From Camelus dromedarius (taxonomy: Eukaryota): a stretch of 64,000 nucleotides of DNA. Below the pieces are notes generated by a model, which worked only from the letters and a program-made list of their open reading frames with translations, was not told the DNA's origin and did not search any database. The translations under genes were made by a program, and so were the position numbers. Below are positions 12,809 through 24,378 of the stretch, piece by piece (position 1 is the first letter of the stretch; each line of letters starts with the position of its first letter). The stretch lies in the NCBI RefSeq assembly GCF_036321535.1, contig NC_087447.1, positions 34,598,001 to 34,662,000 of the forward strand, given 5' to 3'.

Positions 12809-13080
12809 TAGTGCTTCCCAGACTTCCACGTCCATGATTTTTGCCATATCCTTATATCATATATACTAATGTTTAATGTTTGTCTTAAAATCCACTAGTT
12901 TTATAAAAGTCAACTTATTCTAAACAATGATATACATGAAATCAAGGATTTAATGCACTGATTATATTATTTCCTGATCCACAACAAAATACATTGATAG
13001 TTAAGTTACAAACTGTTCATCCAAGTGACTCCTAGGAGCATCCCATCAGAGGCAAATAAACCTTACTTAGGGGACTCAGT
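12809..13080 (+). mobile_element. hAT-Charlie MITE (MER113A-like)
   Basis: agtgcttcccagac...atgatttttgccatatcc...aacaatgatatacatgaaatcaaggatttaatg...tgttcatcc matches the recalled MER113A consensus. Confidence 0.7.
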
Positions 13081-13139
13081 GATCTCAAAGCCTCTACTCA
13101 GCTCTTGCTTTGTGAGTCTCTGCCCCATCCCCCTGCATG

Positions 13140-13175
13140 GGTGTGTCTGGGTGTGTGTATGTGTGTGTGTGTGTG
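13140..13175. repeat. Imperfect (GT)n microsatellite
   Basis: gtgtgtctgggtgtgtgtatgtgtgtgtgtgtgtg. Confidence 0.9.
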
Positions 13176-13611
13176 ATCGGACCTGTGTCATCTCCAGTCA
13201 TGTGGTCTGGTCCTCCACGATGGATGCCAGGCTAGCACGGAGGCAGCTGTGTGATGAGAAACTGGCAAGGAGGCAGAAGTTGATCAGTGAGAACGTGAGC
13301 ACGGTTTCCAGCTGGGATGCAGCCAGAGAGGGCTGGAGTGCCTGGGGCAGAAGACCGGTGAGCATGAAGGGGCAGAGAGCAGGAAAGGGACAGGGTCCCA
13401 CTGGGTAGTAACCCCTTCCACCAGCAGCCACACATCAAACCCAAGTCCTGGCTTCCCGTGATGTGAGACTGGGGAGAGCAGCTGGTCGATGCCCTTGGGG
13501 CAGCAGCATCCTCAGGGGTCTAATTATGAGGGGCGGTGGGAGCCAGCCCCACCAAGCATCCTGCCACACACAGTGGAGATCACCCTTAAGCTTTGTTTTG
13601 TTCTGCTTGTC

Positions 13612-14287
13612 AGCTTAGCTTCTCCTTGAAGCACAGCATAATACAGAAAAATGCACAAATTACATGTGCACAGCTCAGTGAACCTTCAATAACTGAACAT
13701 ACCTATGTAATCAGCACCCAGATAAAAAAATAAAATATCAGCCTCAACCTGGAAGCCCTCTCATGCTCCCTTCTAGTCACTACCTTGCCCCAACGGTGAA
13801 CGCTATCCTGGTTCCTAGTATCAGATTGGTTCTGCCTATTGTGAACCTTACATAAGTGGAATCATACCAATGTAGTCTTGTGTCTGGCTTCTTTAAGCAG
13901 CATTACATGTGTAAGATTCATTCATGTTATTATAGGTAGCTTTAGTTTGTTCTTTCTCATTGGTGTATAACAGTCCATTGTATAATTTATTCGTTCTACT
14001 ATTAATCGGTATATGGGCAGGACTCAGTTTGGGGCTGTTATGAATAATGTTGCTATGACCATTCCAGGACACGATTTTTGTCTTCATTTCTCTTGGATCT
14101 ATACCTAGGAATGAAAGAGCTCAGTCACAGTAAATGTATACATCCAGATTCAGTGGATACTGACAGTTTTTCAAAGTGTTTGCACCAATTTCTATTCCCA
14201 CCAGCAGTGTGTGAGAATTTAATTGTTCCACATCCTTGCCAGCTCTTGACATTTTTTATCTTTTTAATTTCAGCCATTCTGGTGGAT
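13612..14287 (-). mobile_element. Ancient L1 (L1ME-like) 3' end
   Basis: tacagaaaaatgcacaaat...cagcacccagataaaa...gtctggcttcttt...agattcattcatgtt...tatgaataatgttgctatgaccattc...atacctaggaatg...ttcccaccagcagtgtgtgag...cagccattctggtgg. Confidence 0.9.
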
Positions 14288-15044
14288 TTATCAATCACCT
14301 ATATTTTGGTTTTATGCAAATTGAACAAGCCCATAGGTTGATGTCATTTCTAAGAAGAAATGTGGTATAGAAGACAGTGCCTAGACCCTGACTCAGAAGA
14401 CTTAGCCCTAATGTTTGCTCTCCAAGTACTTAACTTGAAGCCATTAGGAAGGAAATGCTGCTGGTCTTTACCAACCCCCTCCTTAAGCCCTTGCGCATTC
14501 TTCTGACCCTCACAACAAAGTGATGGAGGCAGACAAGGGAGGGATTATTCTCGAGAGCGTATATAATTTGCCAAGTGAGGACCAGGGATAAAATTCAGCC
14601 TGTCATCTTCTGATTCCAGTCCAATGTCCTTTTGCTGAGCTTATATTGACTCTTACTAACTTACTTCTCATTTCTAAGAAGAAAGTGTTTAACAACATGA
14701 TCTCTGATGTTTCTTCTGGTTTAAATATGGTGGACAGATTTGTTTCCAAGTGTAAGAGGAGTTTACTCACTAGGCATGTAAACAAGTGGAGGATGCTCAA
14801 TCCTAAAAGGAAACTGAGCCAAGCTTATCTGGTGACTCAAATGCCAAATGAAGCATAATCTTTGTGAATATTCAGCTGCTGGAGACGACAAAGACTCAGC
14901 AAGACTAAGAGTGAATAGAGGTTACAGCTTGGTCATTGAAATGACAAAATGTGCTCTACAAACACAGTTTATTTTTCAGGATTTCCTGCAACTAAAGAGC
15001 CTCCAACCATCCATCATCCATGCATCCAACCAATAAGACATCTA

Positions 15045-15190
15045 TCTGTCCATCCACTCAACCATCCTCCCATCCCCTTATTCACCAAGCATTTATTGAA
15101 CACCTACTCTGTCAGTCCCCATACCAGCTTCTGGGGCTACAGAAATGAATCAGAAACAATCCCTGCTCTGAAGAAACTCTCCATCTAGGC
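15045..15190 (-). mobile_element. L2 3' end (reverse), preceded by a degenerate (CCAT)n tail
   Basis: ttcaccaagcatttattgaacacctactctgt...ctggggctacagaaatgaatcaga...tccctgctctgaagaaactctccatctag. Confidence 0.85.
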
Positions 15191-15214
15191 AAGGGTCTCA
15201 TCCTATACACACCT

Positions 15215-15330
15215 CTCTATATTCTTAGCTACTAGAAGGCAAGGACCTTATCTCACCTCTGCCGTTCCCAGATCATCTATTGCTAAGCCTGGTACAAAGT
15301 ATTGCTGAGATATATTTGATGAATGAACTA
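15215..15330 (+). mobile_element. L2 3' end
   Basis: agctactagaaggcaaggaccttatctc...gcctggtacaaagtattgctgagatatatttgatgaatgaa. Confidence 0.75.
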
Positions 15331-15984
15331 TTAATCCCTGAGAATTCTGAAAAAGAATCTGGAATGTTCATTTCTATCATTCCCTATTTCTTCTCATGGG
15401 ATTAAGATCCAGGTCTTGAAGCTTTGCCCATGATGTTCCCTTCCACATAACAACCAAGGTGCAGAAAGGAAGGAGCTGCTTCCTTTCTCAGCTGTGCTGA
15501 TGGGCAAACAGCTGGGGAACAAGTTCTGCCCACATTCCCTGGAGAATCTTTCCCATGAGATCCTTCCATATCAGACATGTTCCATGTTTTCTAATTGCTC
15601 ATGATGGAATTCTACAGTGTTTTTGAAGAGGCTCACCTGCACTGCTTTTTCTCTAAAGATAGCATGGTTTATAAAAAGCAAATAATTGTCAGTCAGCATT
15701 TCAACAACAAAGATGAGCAGAATATAGTGTAGAGAAGGTGGGCAGCTTGCAGGCAGGAGCCACAAAAGAAAAGGAAGGTGCTTCAAACTCCAACACAGTT
15801 CCAGCAACTCCTAGCCCCAGTAATACTGACGCCCAAACTTCAAGAGCTCAGCTCCCAGCATTCAAGGTATGTGTCTGCCATCAGATGCATTCAGGTCCAT
15901 AAACACTCTCTGAGCTCCTATTATGTGCACTCAGTGGCTGGGTGGGTACCCTTACCTTCTCCCCCTCCCTTACCTCCCAAACAC

Positions 15985-16290
15985 CATTAAGCACCAAGCA
16001 GAACAAACTGTCTATCTTTGGAATCCATCCCCTGCTCTCACTCCTTACTGCCACCATGTGACGCCAGCCCACTGACATCCTCCTACCTGGACTCCCACAA
16101 CAGCCTCCTAACTGGTCTCCCTGTCTCTACTGTTACCGTCCAGCCACCTAATAGATGTGAATCTGATCACATCTCCCCGCTGCCTCCTACTCTCCAATGG
16201 CTCTGATTGGCGCTTAGAGAAACGCTCCGAGCCCCTCTGATGACCTGCAAGACCCTCCGTGATCTCACTGCTGCCTCTCTTCCTTGGTAG
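15985..16290 (+). mobile_element. L2 fragment
   Basis: tggaatccatcccctgctctc...ctggactcccacaacagcctcctaactggtctccctg...tctgatcacatctcccc...ctccaatggctc. Confidence 0.85.
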
Positions 16291-17664
16291 GCATGGGAAT
16301 GCCCCCCTGGCACCACCAACATGGGTCCCCCTGTATTTCATGCTAGCTGAAGGAGGATTGGATGTCAAGTTGCTCCGTACACGTGTCCTTAAGTCCCTTC
16401 ACCGCCAAAAAAGAAATTGATCCTGGAACTCAAGCAGAGCCTTGAGAAGAGAGACTCAGAAACAGATAAATATTTATGCCTGCCTGCCCTTCTTCCTCCC
16501 CCATTACCTCTGGGAACAGTGGCTACAGGGATGCATCTCTCAGTCCCTACTCAGTCTAGAGGGTCTCACAAGCCAGAGGAGGGAAGACTATGAGTGATGC
16601 GACAAAAATGTGATGACTTTTTAAAGTATTTCAGTGTTTATATTTGCCTCCACCTGCAAGGAAATCTTGCATTGGCATCTTAATTTTCCCTTCCTTCTCT
16701 TAAAGAGAAAAGATTGTCACTTGCTAGGAAAGGGACTAAGTCCACAGACATGTGAAAGGAAAGGAGAAAATATGAAGGAAAGAAAGAGACAGAAAACCAC
16801 TGCACACTGTGTGTAGTGAGATGTGGGGTTTGGGGCAGTGAGACGGGTGGAGAGGAACTGTGGGGTGTAAGAGAACTGGAGAGGAGAGAGAAGGGAGTTT
16901 TGCCAAGGACTGTAGTAGATGAGGATGAGCATCTTTGGCGTCTCCAGGACACGTGAGTAATGGATTTTAGTAACTCTTTAATTTGAATGTAATTACTTTA
17001 AAATTTTAATTTTGATTGTTAATCCTTGGATACACTAACGTTCCCAAACTAGATTGTGTGTTTCCCTAGGCTTATTAGCATTACACATGCAGTCCAACAA
17101 TCATAGCACTGCAGCAGAGCTGTCGAGACCGTGTGCTGTGCACAACTCACTGCTCAAGCCAGGCAGGGAAGCCTTCTCCATAGAGGAGACATCGACCCTG
17201 GGTCTGGGGCGAAGAATAGAGGTCAGCCAGGCAATAATGGGCAACTGGTCAAATGACAGCAGACCCGTATTTCTAAAGAGCAATTTGGTGCAAAAGACCC
17301 AACAGCTCTCAAAAATGATTGAGCTAGCACTCTGAATATTGTGGGTGACAAGAAGCACAGCCAGGTCCCTCTTTGGACGGTGGCATTCACTTCAACAATG
17401 TAGGGACAATTAATGACTAGCCAACAGGACATTCCTGGCTGCCGGAGACAACTATTGAATGGAGTTTGCCAGTGCCAAGGAACCTCTTCTTACTTTTTGC
17501 CATGCCACCTAAGAATATTAACACTTGCCTAGAAATCTGGCCTTCCACTGCCTCTGCCTGGGTCTGTGTAAATCATACAGTTCCATCAGTGTTCATCTGT
17601 CGGCGGTGACATAATCACTTTCACTCTCATTTACTGAGAGCTGGTCCAGGTTGAAAAAAGAACT

Positions 17665-17831
17665 AGGTGGGTGGAGGGTATAGCTTAGAGGCAGAGCATA
17701 TGCTTAGCACGCACGAGGTCCTGGGTTTAATCCCCAGTACCTCCATTAAAAATAAACAATAAATAACTTAATTATCTCTCCCCTCCAGAAAAAAACCAAA
17801 AATAAATGAATAGATTTTTTAAAAAAGAAGA
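17665..17831 (+). mobile_element. vic-1-like SINE (long-tail form) with 12-bp TSD
   Basis: GGAGGGTATAGCTTAGAGGCAGAGCATATGCTTAGCACGCACGAGGTCCTGGGTTTAATCCCCAGTACCTCCA plus an extended A-rich tail; TSD gaaaaaagaact at 17653-17664 and 17832-17843. Confidence 0.92.
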
Positions 17832-17859
17832 GAAAAAAGAACTGAGAGCTACATAATAA

Positions 17860-17975
17860 TATAGTCATTCCGCTTTACAGGTGAGGAAACTGAGGCTCAG
17901 CAGGTACACAGCAGAGTCAGACTGAACCCAGGTAAGAAGGAAGCCAAAGCCTGTTCCCTTATCCGCAAACTCTAC
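17860..17975 (-). mobile_element. MIR fragment
   Basis: tttacaggtgaggaaactgaggctcag...tgaacccagg...ccaaagcctgttcccttatcc. Confidence 0.8.
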
Positions 17976-18389
17976 TGACCTTCCACGCCAACCCTCACCA
18001 CACACTGTCCTGTTCCCTGTCCCCTGTACACTCTGTTATGATATTCCTAAGCAAAGAGATTTCTTCGTTTTAGCCCTCATCCCCACAGCACAGGGCCCAG
18101 TATGTACTAGGTGCTCAGGAAATGTCTGTTTAATGATTAATTAAAGGAAAGAGCCCTTTTAGTGTTAAGGAAGCCTGGCCCTAAGTGAGGTCTGGCCTCC
18201 TTGCCCCATCTGGGTTATGATATGATGAGTGACACACAGAACACCCCCCGCAAACATCAGCCCCACTACAGGCGGTCCATCCATTACACCATCATCATTT
18301 ACGTCTGAAAGCGTTTTCTTCTTCTTCTTTGAAATGGAATCTCCCATTGGGGAGTTATCAGAAACATTAGCGCAAGGTGGGGGAATACA

Positions 18390-18620
18390 GGAAAACAGAT
18401 GCTGGAGCCAAATCCTCTGGGTTTAAATCCCAGCTGAGCCACATCCTAACTATGTGGCCTTGGGTAAGTAACCTCTCCCTGCCTTGGTTTCCTTATTAGT
18501 AAGATAGGGATAATAATATCTACTTAGTAGAGTTGTAATGGAGATTAAACGAATTAGCGTATATAAAGCACCGAGAATAGGACCCAGCACACTTAGCACT
18601 ATTTAAGTGTGTGTTGAAAA
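18390..18620 (+). mobile_element. MIR, near full length
   Basis: ctggagcca...ctgggtttaaatcccagct...tatgtggccttgggtaagt...ccttggtttccttattagtaagatagggataataata...agattaaacga...taaagcac. Confidence 0.9.
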
Positions 18621-19059
18621 CATAAATCACGCAGGGATTAGATGGAAAAGAGCAGAGTCAGAATGAGGTTCCATATGAGTGGATAAAAGAAGGAAAGGGC
18701 CCAGATGAGGAGACAAGTTATCTGAAACAAAAAGTGTGCTACCTTTATAATGCAGCCAAGGCTGCCCCTGACCATTGCAGGGCTCTTGGGAGGGTCCCAG
18801 CACTCAGGAAGGTCCCTCTTCTGTCTGTACCCTCCAAAGCCAGGCAGGAGTTGGGTGGGGAGGTAGGGAAGCAGCCCCACAGAGGATACTGGGGCTCAGA
18901 GGTCTGTGGTCCTGGGCTCTCTCTGTGGGGTCCAATCTCCTGTGCCCAGAGCCCCTGGGTAGCCTCCAAAAGAGATTCCCACCCCTCCCCACTGAATCCT
19001 GAGCCCTGGCCCAGCCTAGAACACTTAAACATTTCCCTCCAACTAGGGTTGAATAAGAT

Positions 19060-19405
19060 CCAGTCAACTAGACTTGGGTTCACATCCCAGCTCTGCAACA
19101 GTAATGTGCTGACCTTGAGTAAGTAACTACCCTTGCTGAGTCTCAGTTTCTTCATCTTTAGAATGGGAGTATAATAATAAAGCCCACCTCCAAGGGTTTT
19201 TGAGAAAACTAAATAAAATAGCCAAGATAAATCTTGGGGAATGGGAAGTATAGCTCAGTGGTAGAGCATGTGCTTGGCATCCACGAGGCCCTGGGTTCAA
19301 GCCCCAGTGCCTCCACTAAGGGAAAGAAAAAAAAGAGGTAAATCTTGGAGCATGAGCCTGGAACATCGTAGGAGCTTTATGAAGATTTGCTGAATGAATG
19401 AATGA
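19060..19405 (+). mobile_element. MIR interrupted by a SINE at 19238-19334
   Basis: agacttgggttcacatcccagctctgc...gtctcagtttcttcatctttagaatggga...; resumes after the SINE with gcctggaacatcgtaggagc...tgaatgaatgaatgaa. Confidence 0.85.
19238..19334 (+). mobile_element. vic-1-like SINE (short form) with TSD
   Basis: GGGAAGTATAGCTCAGTGGTAGAGCATGTGCTTGGCATCCACGAGGCCCTGGGTTCAAGCCCCAGTGCCTCCA plus A tail; TSD core taaatcttgg at 19228-19237 and 19339-19348. Confidence 0.92.
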
Positions 19406-20209
19406 AAGATCACACAGAACAGAGTCTCAGACTCATATGGCTCATGGCCTCCACCATTCCATTTAGAGAGGAGACTCTAGTACCAAATCACTTCTCCTTT
19501 CAACCTTGCCAGGGCTTCCCCAGGCAGCCCAGGCCTATTTACCTAAGTGATGAGAGGACTGGGGAGAGCTTCAAGATCCCACCCACCACCCAAGAACAAG
19601 GCTGAGAGCTTAGGGGTAAGTGGGACTGATCTGAAGTTTCAAAGAAAATCAGGATCTGTTAATGAAGGATCAGAAGAAGTAATGCCTCAATTAGTCTCCA
19701 TGCTTTGTTAAATCTGGAAGTCACATTTAGTCAAACACTAGTGATTGAAGAGGGGATTCTTTTTCACTCTCTCTTTTTTAAACCCCAAGTATCATTCAGC
19801 TCTTGCACTTGCAGAATAAACCCACCGTCCTTCCAGATTCCCAGAGGCCTCAGCTGACACAGGACAGGCCAATGATTTGCTCACCGAGGGAAGCTGGTGT
19901 TCCCAAAGGGGGAAAAAAGGCGTGTGATTTACATGGCATAATATACTCATTAAAGGTTTAATTGGAGTCACTTTGCCACTGATCCTCCAACAGCCCCCTT
20001 TTCTCCCCATTTAATTAACAGAGTAACCTTTAGCTCCACAACCCATAAAGAAAGCCAAGTATAAAAGAGAGGGCTATCTACTCCCCCGTCCTGATCTCAC
20101 CAGGCTGCTTAAAATCCCAGTGGGGCTCGCAGGCTCTGGGGGCGGGGAGGGGAGGAGGGTGCCTGTCTTCAGTTTAAAGTATTCATATCCTCAGAAAAAA
20201 AAAAGAGGC

Positions 20210-20440
20210 TGCAGAATCTGAGTCAGCCAGGCCCAAGTTCAAATCGTAGCTCTGTCATTCACTAGCTGTGACCTTGGGCAAGATCATCTCTTTAGCCTCA
20301 GTTTCCTCCTCTGTAAAACAGGGATAATAATTAAACAGATAAGTCATGGGGTGGTCTTGAAGTTCAGATGAATGTCACATTTGTAAGTGAACTTCAGCAC
20401 TGAGCCTGGCACGTGGTATGTGCCTAGTAAAAGTTTGCAG
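20210..20440 (+). mobile_element. MIR
   Basis: gttcaaatcgtagctctgtcattcactagctgtgaccttgggcaag...gcctcagtttcctcctctgtaaaacagggataataa...gcctggcacgtggta. Confidence 0.9.
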
Positions 20441-20459
20441 TTTGCTCTAAAGTCACAAC

Positions 20460-20516
20460 ACAACATTGTAAATCAACTATACTTCAATTTTTAAAAACTG
20501 AAAAATAAAATTTTAA
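20460..20516 (+). mobile_element. Extremely 5'-truncated L1 3' terminus with 11-bp TSD
   Basis: acaacattgtaaatcaactatacttcaat (cetartiodactyl-type L1 3' end) plus A-rich tail; TSD aaagtcacaac at 20449-20459 and 20517-20527. Confidence 0.85.
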
Positions 20517-21439
20517 AAAGTCACAACTATGGAGTGTAATGAGTTGGGGGGTAGCAGGAACTAGACTGCCAAGGCACTTCCCAAACACTGATAAATTGTC
20601 ATTTTGCCTAAAGAAATCACCAAGCAGTTTCTGTGAAGCCACAGACCAAATTTCTAGCAAAATTTATTTGAGGTGACTACACACAATCACCCATGCTTAA
20701 TCAAGGTCCAGAATATTTTAGCTGCTGGCCATGACCTCAATTGGTTGGCTGTCCCTCTCCCAATCTTCCCCTTTTCTGCCCTTTCCCTGCCCGCTTGCAA
20801 CATGGAATATAAATAATTAATGCTATCCAACTACCTAAGCCAAAAATAAATAAAGCTTCAAGGGTGTATTGGATTTCCACACAAATCCACCATCAGGAAG
20901 ATGATGCATTCCACGTGCAGGTGTCTGCATCCCAAAAGCCATTTGTGATGGGACTGCTCAGTGGGTACCAGAGTTAGTTAAAGCTCGCTTCATTATGGTG
21001 GCGTCGGGGCAGATGGGAACTGATGGCGCTGGGCTGTTTTCATAGGGAAATGTGCACAAAGTCCCAGGTCAGCGCTGTGATAAATGGGCTTGCCGACAAT
21101 GTGCTGGGAGCATGCATCTTAGGGGACTCCTGAGGTCATGAAATGTCTGTTGTTAAGCTACACAATTTTCTTTACTTATCAGCCCTAACCACATCGCAGA
21201 CACATATTTGCACAGTGAAACAAAGGACGACATGCATTATCAGGCCCCAGCCGGAACGAGAGAGGCGCTCAGCCAGCCGGTGCTGATTGGACAAAGCCCG
21301 GGACACAGTAAACACCAAGTGCAGAAGGGAAAGAAGGCTGGAGATTTTGTTTTCAAGTGACAAGTTGGAAGGGGGAGAGCATGGGGGCTGTGGGTGGGGC
21401 GTTCTCTAAAGAGCACAAGTTCCAAGGGCTGAAGTCATC

Positions 21440-22000
21440 CATCACCACCACAGTCTTGGCGGCCGACTCCGTCCTCCACACGGCAGCACAGGGATCTCTC
21501 CAGAATGCAGATTTGATGTTTACAACCATCCTGTGGCTCCCTGTTGTCCACAGGAGAAAGCCTGAACTCCCTGGCATGCCTTCAAACCCTTCCATGTTCT
21601 GGACCCTTCTTATACCTCTCCTCCGATTCTTCCATCCTATTCCACGCTCCTGCCATCCTTCATTCATTCAGATGCCCACAGGCCTTTGCATCCTCTACCC
21701 GGCAACACTCTTTCTCCACTGTTTTAACTGGCTAACTCCTAGTCACCCTTTATGTCTCAGCTGAGATTGGCTTCCTCCAGAAAGTCTTCCCTGACCACCA
21801 TTAAATTGGGACTTAATGTTCCTCGTCAGCCTCCCACAACACAGCCCTGTTCAGCTGTATTGCTGATGCCTCGTTACTTGTCTCTAGATCATCCGCTCTG
21901 CTGGGGCAGGGTCTACCTTGGATGTGGTATCTCCAGTACCCTGCAGCATGCTCGGCACAGAGTAGATGCTAGAAACTGTCGATAAAATGAATGAGTAAAT
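21440..22000 (+). mobile_element. L2 3' fragment
   Basis: tcctccacacggcagcacagggatct...aaagcctgaactccctggcatg...caggcctttgca...cttcctccagaaagtcttccctgacc...ggcacagagtagatgct...aatgaatga. Confidence 0.85.
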
Positions 22001-23319
22001 ATGCAGAGAAAGAACCTGCACACTGGCAGGAGGCAGCAGTCCTAAGTGGGCCACATACACTGTCAAGGAAAGGTCAGGACACCGGTCTCCTCCACCGCCC
22101 CCATCCAAATGAGCCTCCACCTGGCACGGGGAGACAGAGATCAAATGAGTTAACAGTTAAGTTGAAAACCATACAAGACATCAGAAACAAAATCCCTACG
22201 CAAGAGCTTGGAAGTTACCCCAAAACAAGGAGCAGAAAAAGATATAAAATTTGGTGTACGAAGCAGAAGTTTGGGGCCAGAGAGATGAGAGGGGGCCAGA
22301 GAATCAGAAGCAGATGGGGAAAGAGGTGAGTCCAAGGAATTTCCTGAAACTGTCGTGAGTACACGCTGCTCCTCTCATGGGTGTGTTTTGAAGGCCAGGA
22401 ACAAATCAGAACAAATCAGGCCCTCTCGGCTACAGGTGATCAGGCAGTGAGGCCCGGAGCCTCTACAAGGCAGGGGGTGACAGTAGAGATTTCAAGAGAA
22501 AAATTAGGGTAATTGCGAAAAAAAAACAAAAAGAAGAAGAGGTTTGGGCAGGGGAAATAGGAGGAGACCTCCAATGCCATGAGCCCATCCCAAGGGAATG
22601 GCTAGTCCTCGGGGACACCTGGAGAAGTATTAGGAGGCACCTGAGCAGGCCCATCTGGAGAAGAGAGACCTGTGGTCTTGGTTCTGTCTACTCTGTGACT
22701 TTAGGCAAGTGGTCTCCTATATCTGTCTTCCCTTTTCCTCTTGGAGAAAATGGTGCTTTCCCCCATTTGTACCATCGAATCTTCCCGCACCCTGTTAGAC
22801 AGGCCCTTCGTTTAGCAGATGAGGGAACTGAGGATCAAAAAAATAGAGTCACCTGTCCCAGCTCACCCAGCTAGTGGGTGGCCATGCTCAGATTCAAATC
22901 TGATGAGTCTAAATAGTGCACTCCCCCAAGCCCAGCAGGCTGCCAGGTGGCCCAAGCTTCCCCTAGCTGCGTAGCAAGAACATAGAAGCCAAGCCAGCTT
23001 GGGCTGACCATCAAAGTTGGCAAAATGTGCTCCACCTCTGCCAAACCCGCTAGACACTTCGTGGGATTTGTTTCTTTGCACCCAGCATAAAATTGCACAT
23101 CCCACCCATTCCCCAAGGCTATGCTCTCCTACTCTGTCCCAGTGGCCCCGTCTTGTTTATCTAATAAGCAGTCCATACCAGGGTAGTTACGGCGTTCCTC
23201 CGAGATAACGCTTTTGCATTGTTAAAAGGTTCTTTTTGGAGACCCAATGCCTTCACCCAAAGGCCTAATAAAAACAGAGAAAATGAGAACAGTCACTGTT
23301 CCCCAATGCCCCCCTACTC

Positions 23320-23500
23320 TATGCTGGGCACGTGCACAGATATTACAAAGCAAGTACTGCCAATCCCACTTTACTGATGAAGGGACTGAGGTTTGGGAAG
23401 ATTTAATAGCACATCCAATGCCACAGGTAGGAAGTGGCAGAGTAAACTTCTAACCTAGGCCTGTCTGCGTCTCTTCCATGGCTCTTTCCACCGTGTCAAG
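23320..23500 (-). mobile_element. MIR
   Basis: tcccactttactgatgaagggactgaggtttgggaag...ccacaggtaggaagtggcagag...aacctaggcctgtctg. Confidence 0.75.
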
Positions 23501-24378
23501 CTGTTTTCAAGCACCTGTAGGTACACGGTGAGTGGGGGTTGTCAGGGGTGATTTGCTGGCGGTGTGTAGACGGAGGGGTTTTCAGGACAAACATACCTTT
23601 TGATAGGCTTCACATCACTCCTTCACATAGAGGGAAATGCAACCTTGATTGCAGAAAGAACTCAGTGGAGAACAGAAGCAACCACTACAGAAAAGAAGGG
23701 ATCGTTCATCACGGAGACGGGGACGGAGACCCAGGTGGGAAAGAAGGAGAGGGAGTCAAGCCAATGTCAGAATCTGGATGGAAAACTATCAATATCCAGG
23801 CAGGCACCTCCCAAACATCTGCTTCTCTATTTGTTTGAGGGGACCTGGTGGTCTCAAACCGGCAGCCTTCAGCATACACGTCAATGAGTATTTTTCTTCT
23901 TACTCATGAAAGTTCAGAGGCATCAGGATTCTGGGCTCTTCTAGGGCAGCCAATACCAACTCTTATCTTCCAGGGACAAGGGACAAGATATCTAGGATGG
24001 ACAAGTCACTGGGCTTTGGCCTGGTGTCCTTGGTCCACACTTCTCATCCACTCACTGCCTTGTGTAACCAGGGAGGGAAGGCAGATGCTCAGCGATGGGT
24101 TTTTTGAAGACCTGACAGACAGCATTTCCAAATTAAAATTTCAAAAGAGAAAGAAAAAAGTCATTTTATCCTCTGTTCTGTGAGTCCCTGGTGAATAGGA
24201 GTGTGGGTTTAAAATTTAATCATTAATTTATTGGAGGGAAATAAACCACAGAGTAAATATTTAAAGTGCAAAATTGCTGAGTTCTTGAGTTATGATCCCT
24301 TGATTTAGCATAAAAACTAAGAGTTCGTGTTTTCCCAGAGCGGAGACAAAGATGTATTTAAAATGTTTTAAGTGACAG

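Noticed and set aside
19238..19316. tRNA-Ala gene (also considered for 319-419 and 17665-17745)
   Set aside because: A-rich tails, TSDs (clear for 17665 and 19238), multiple diverged copies and stem mismatches indicate tRNA-derived SINEs.
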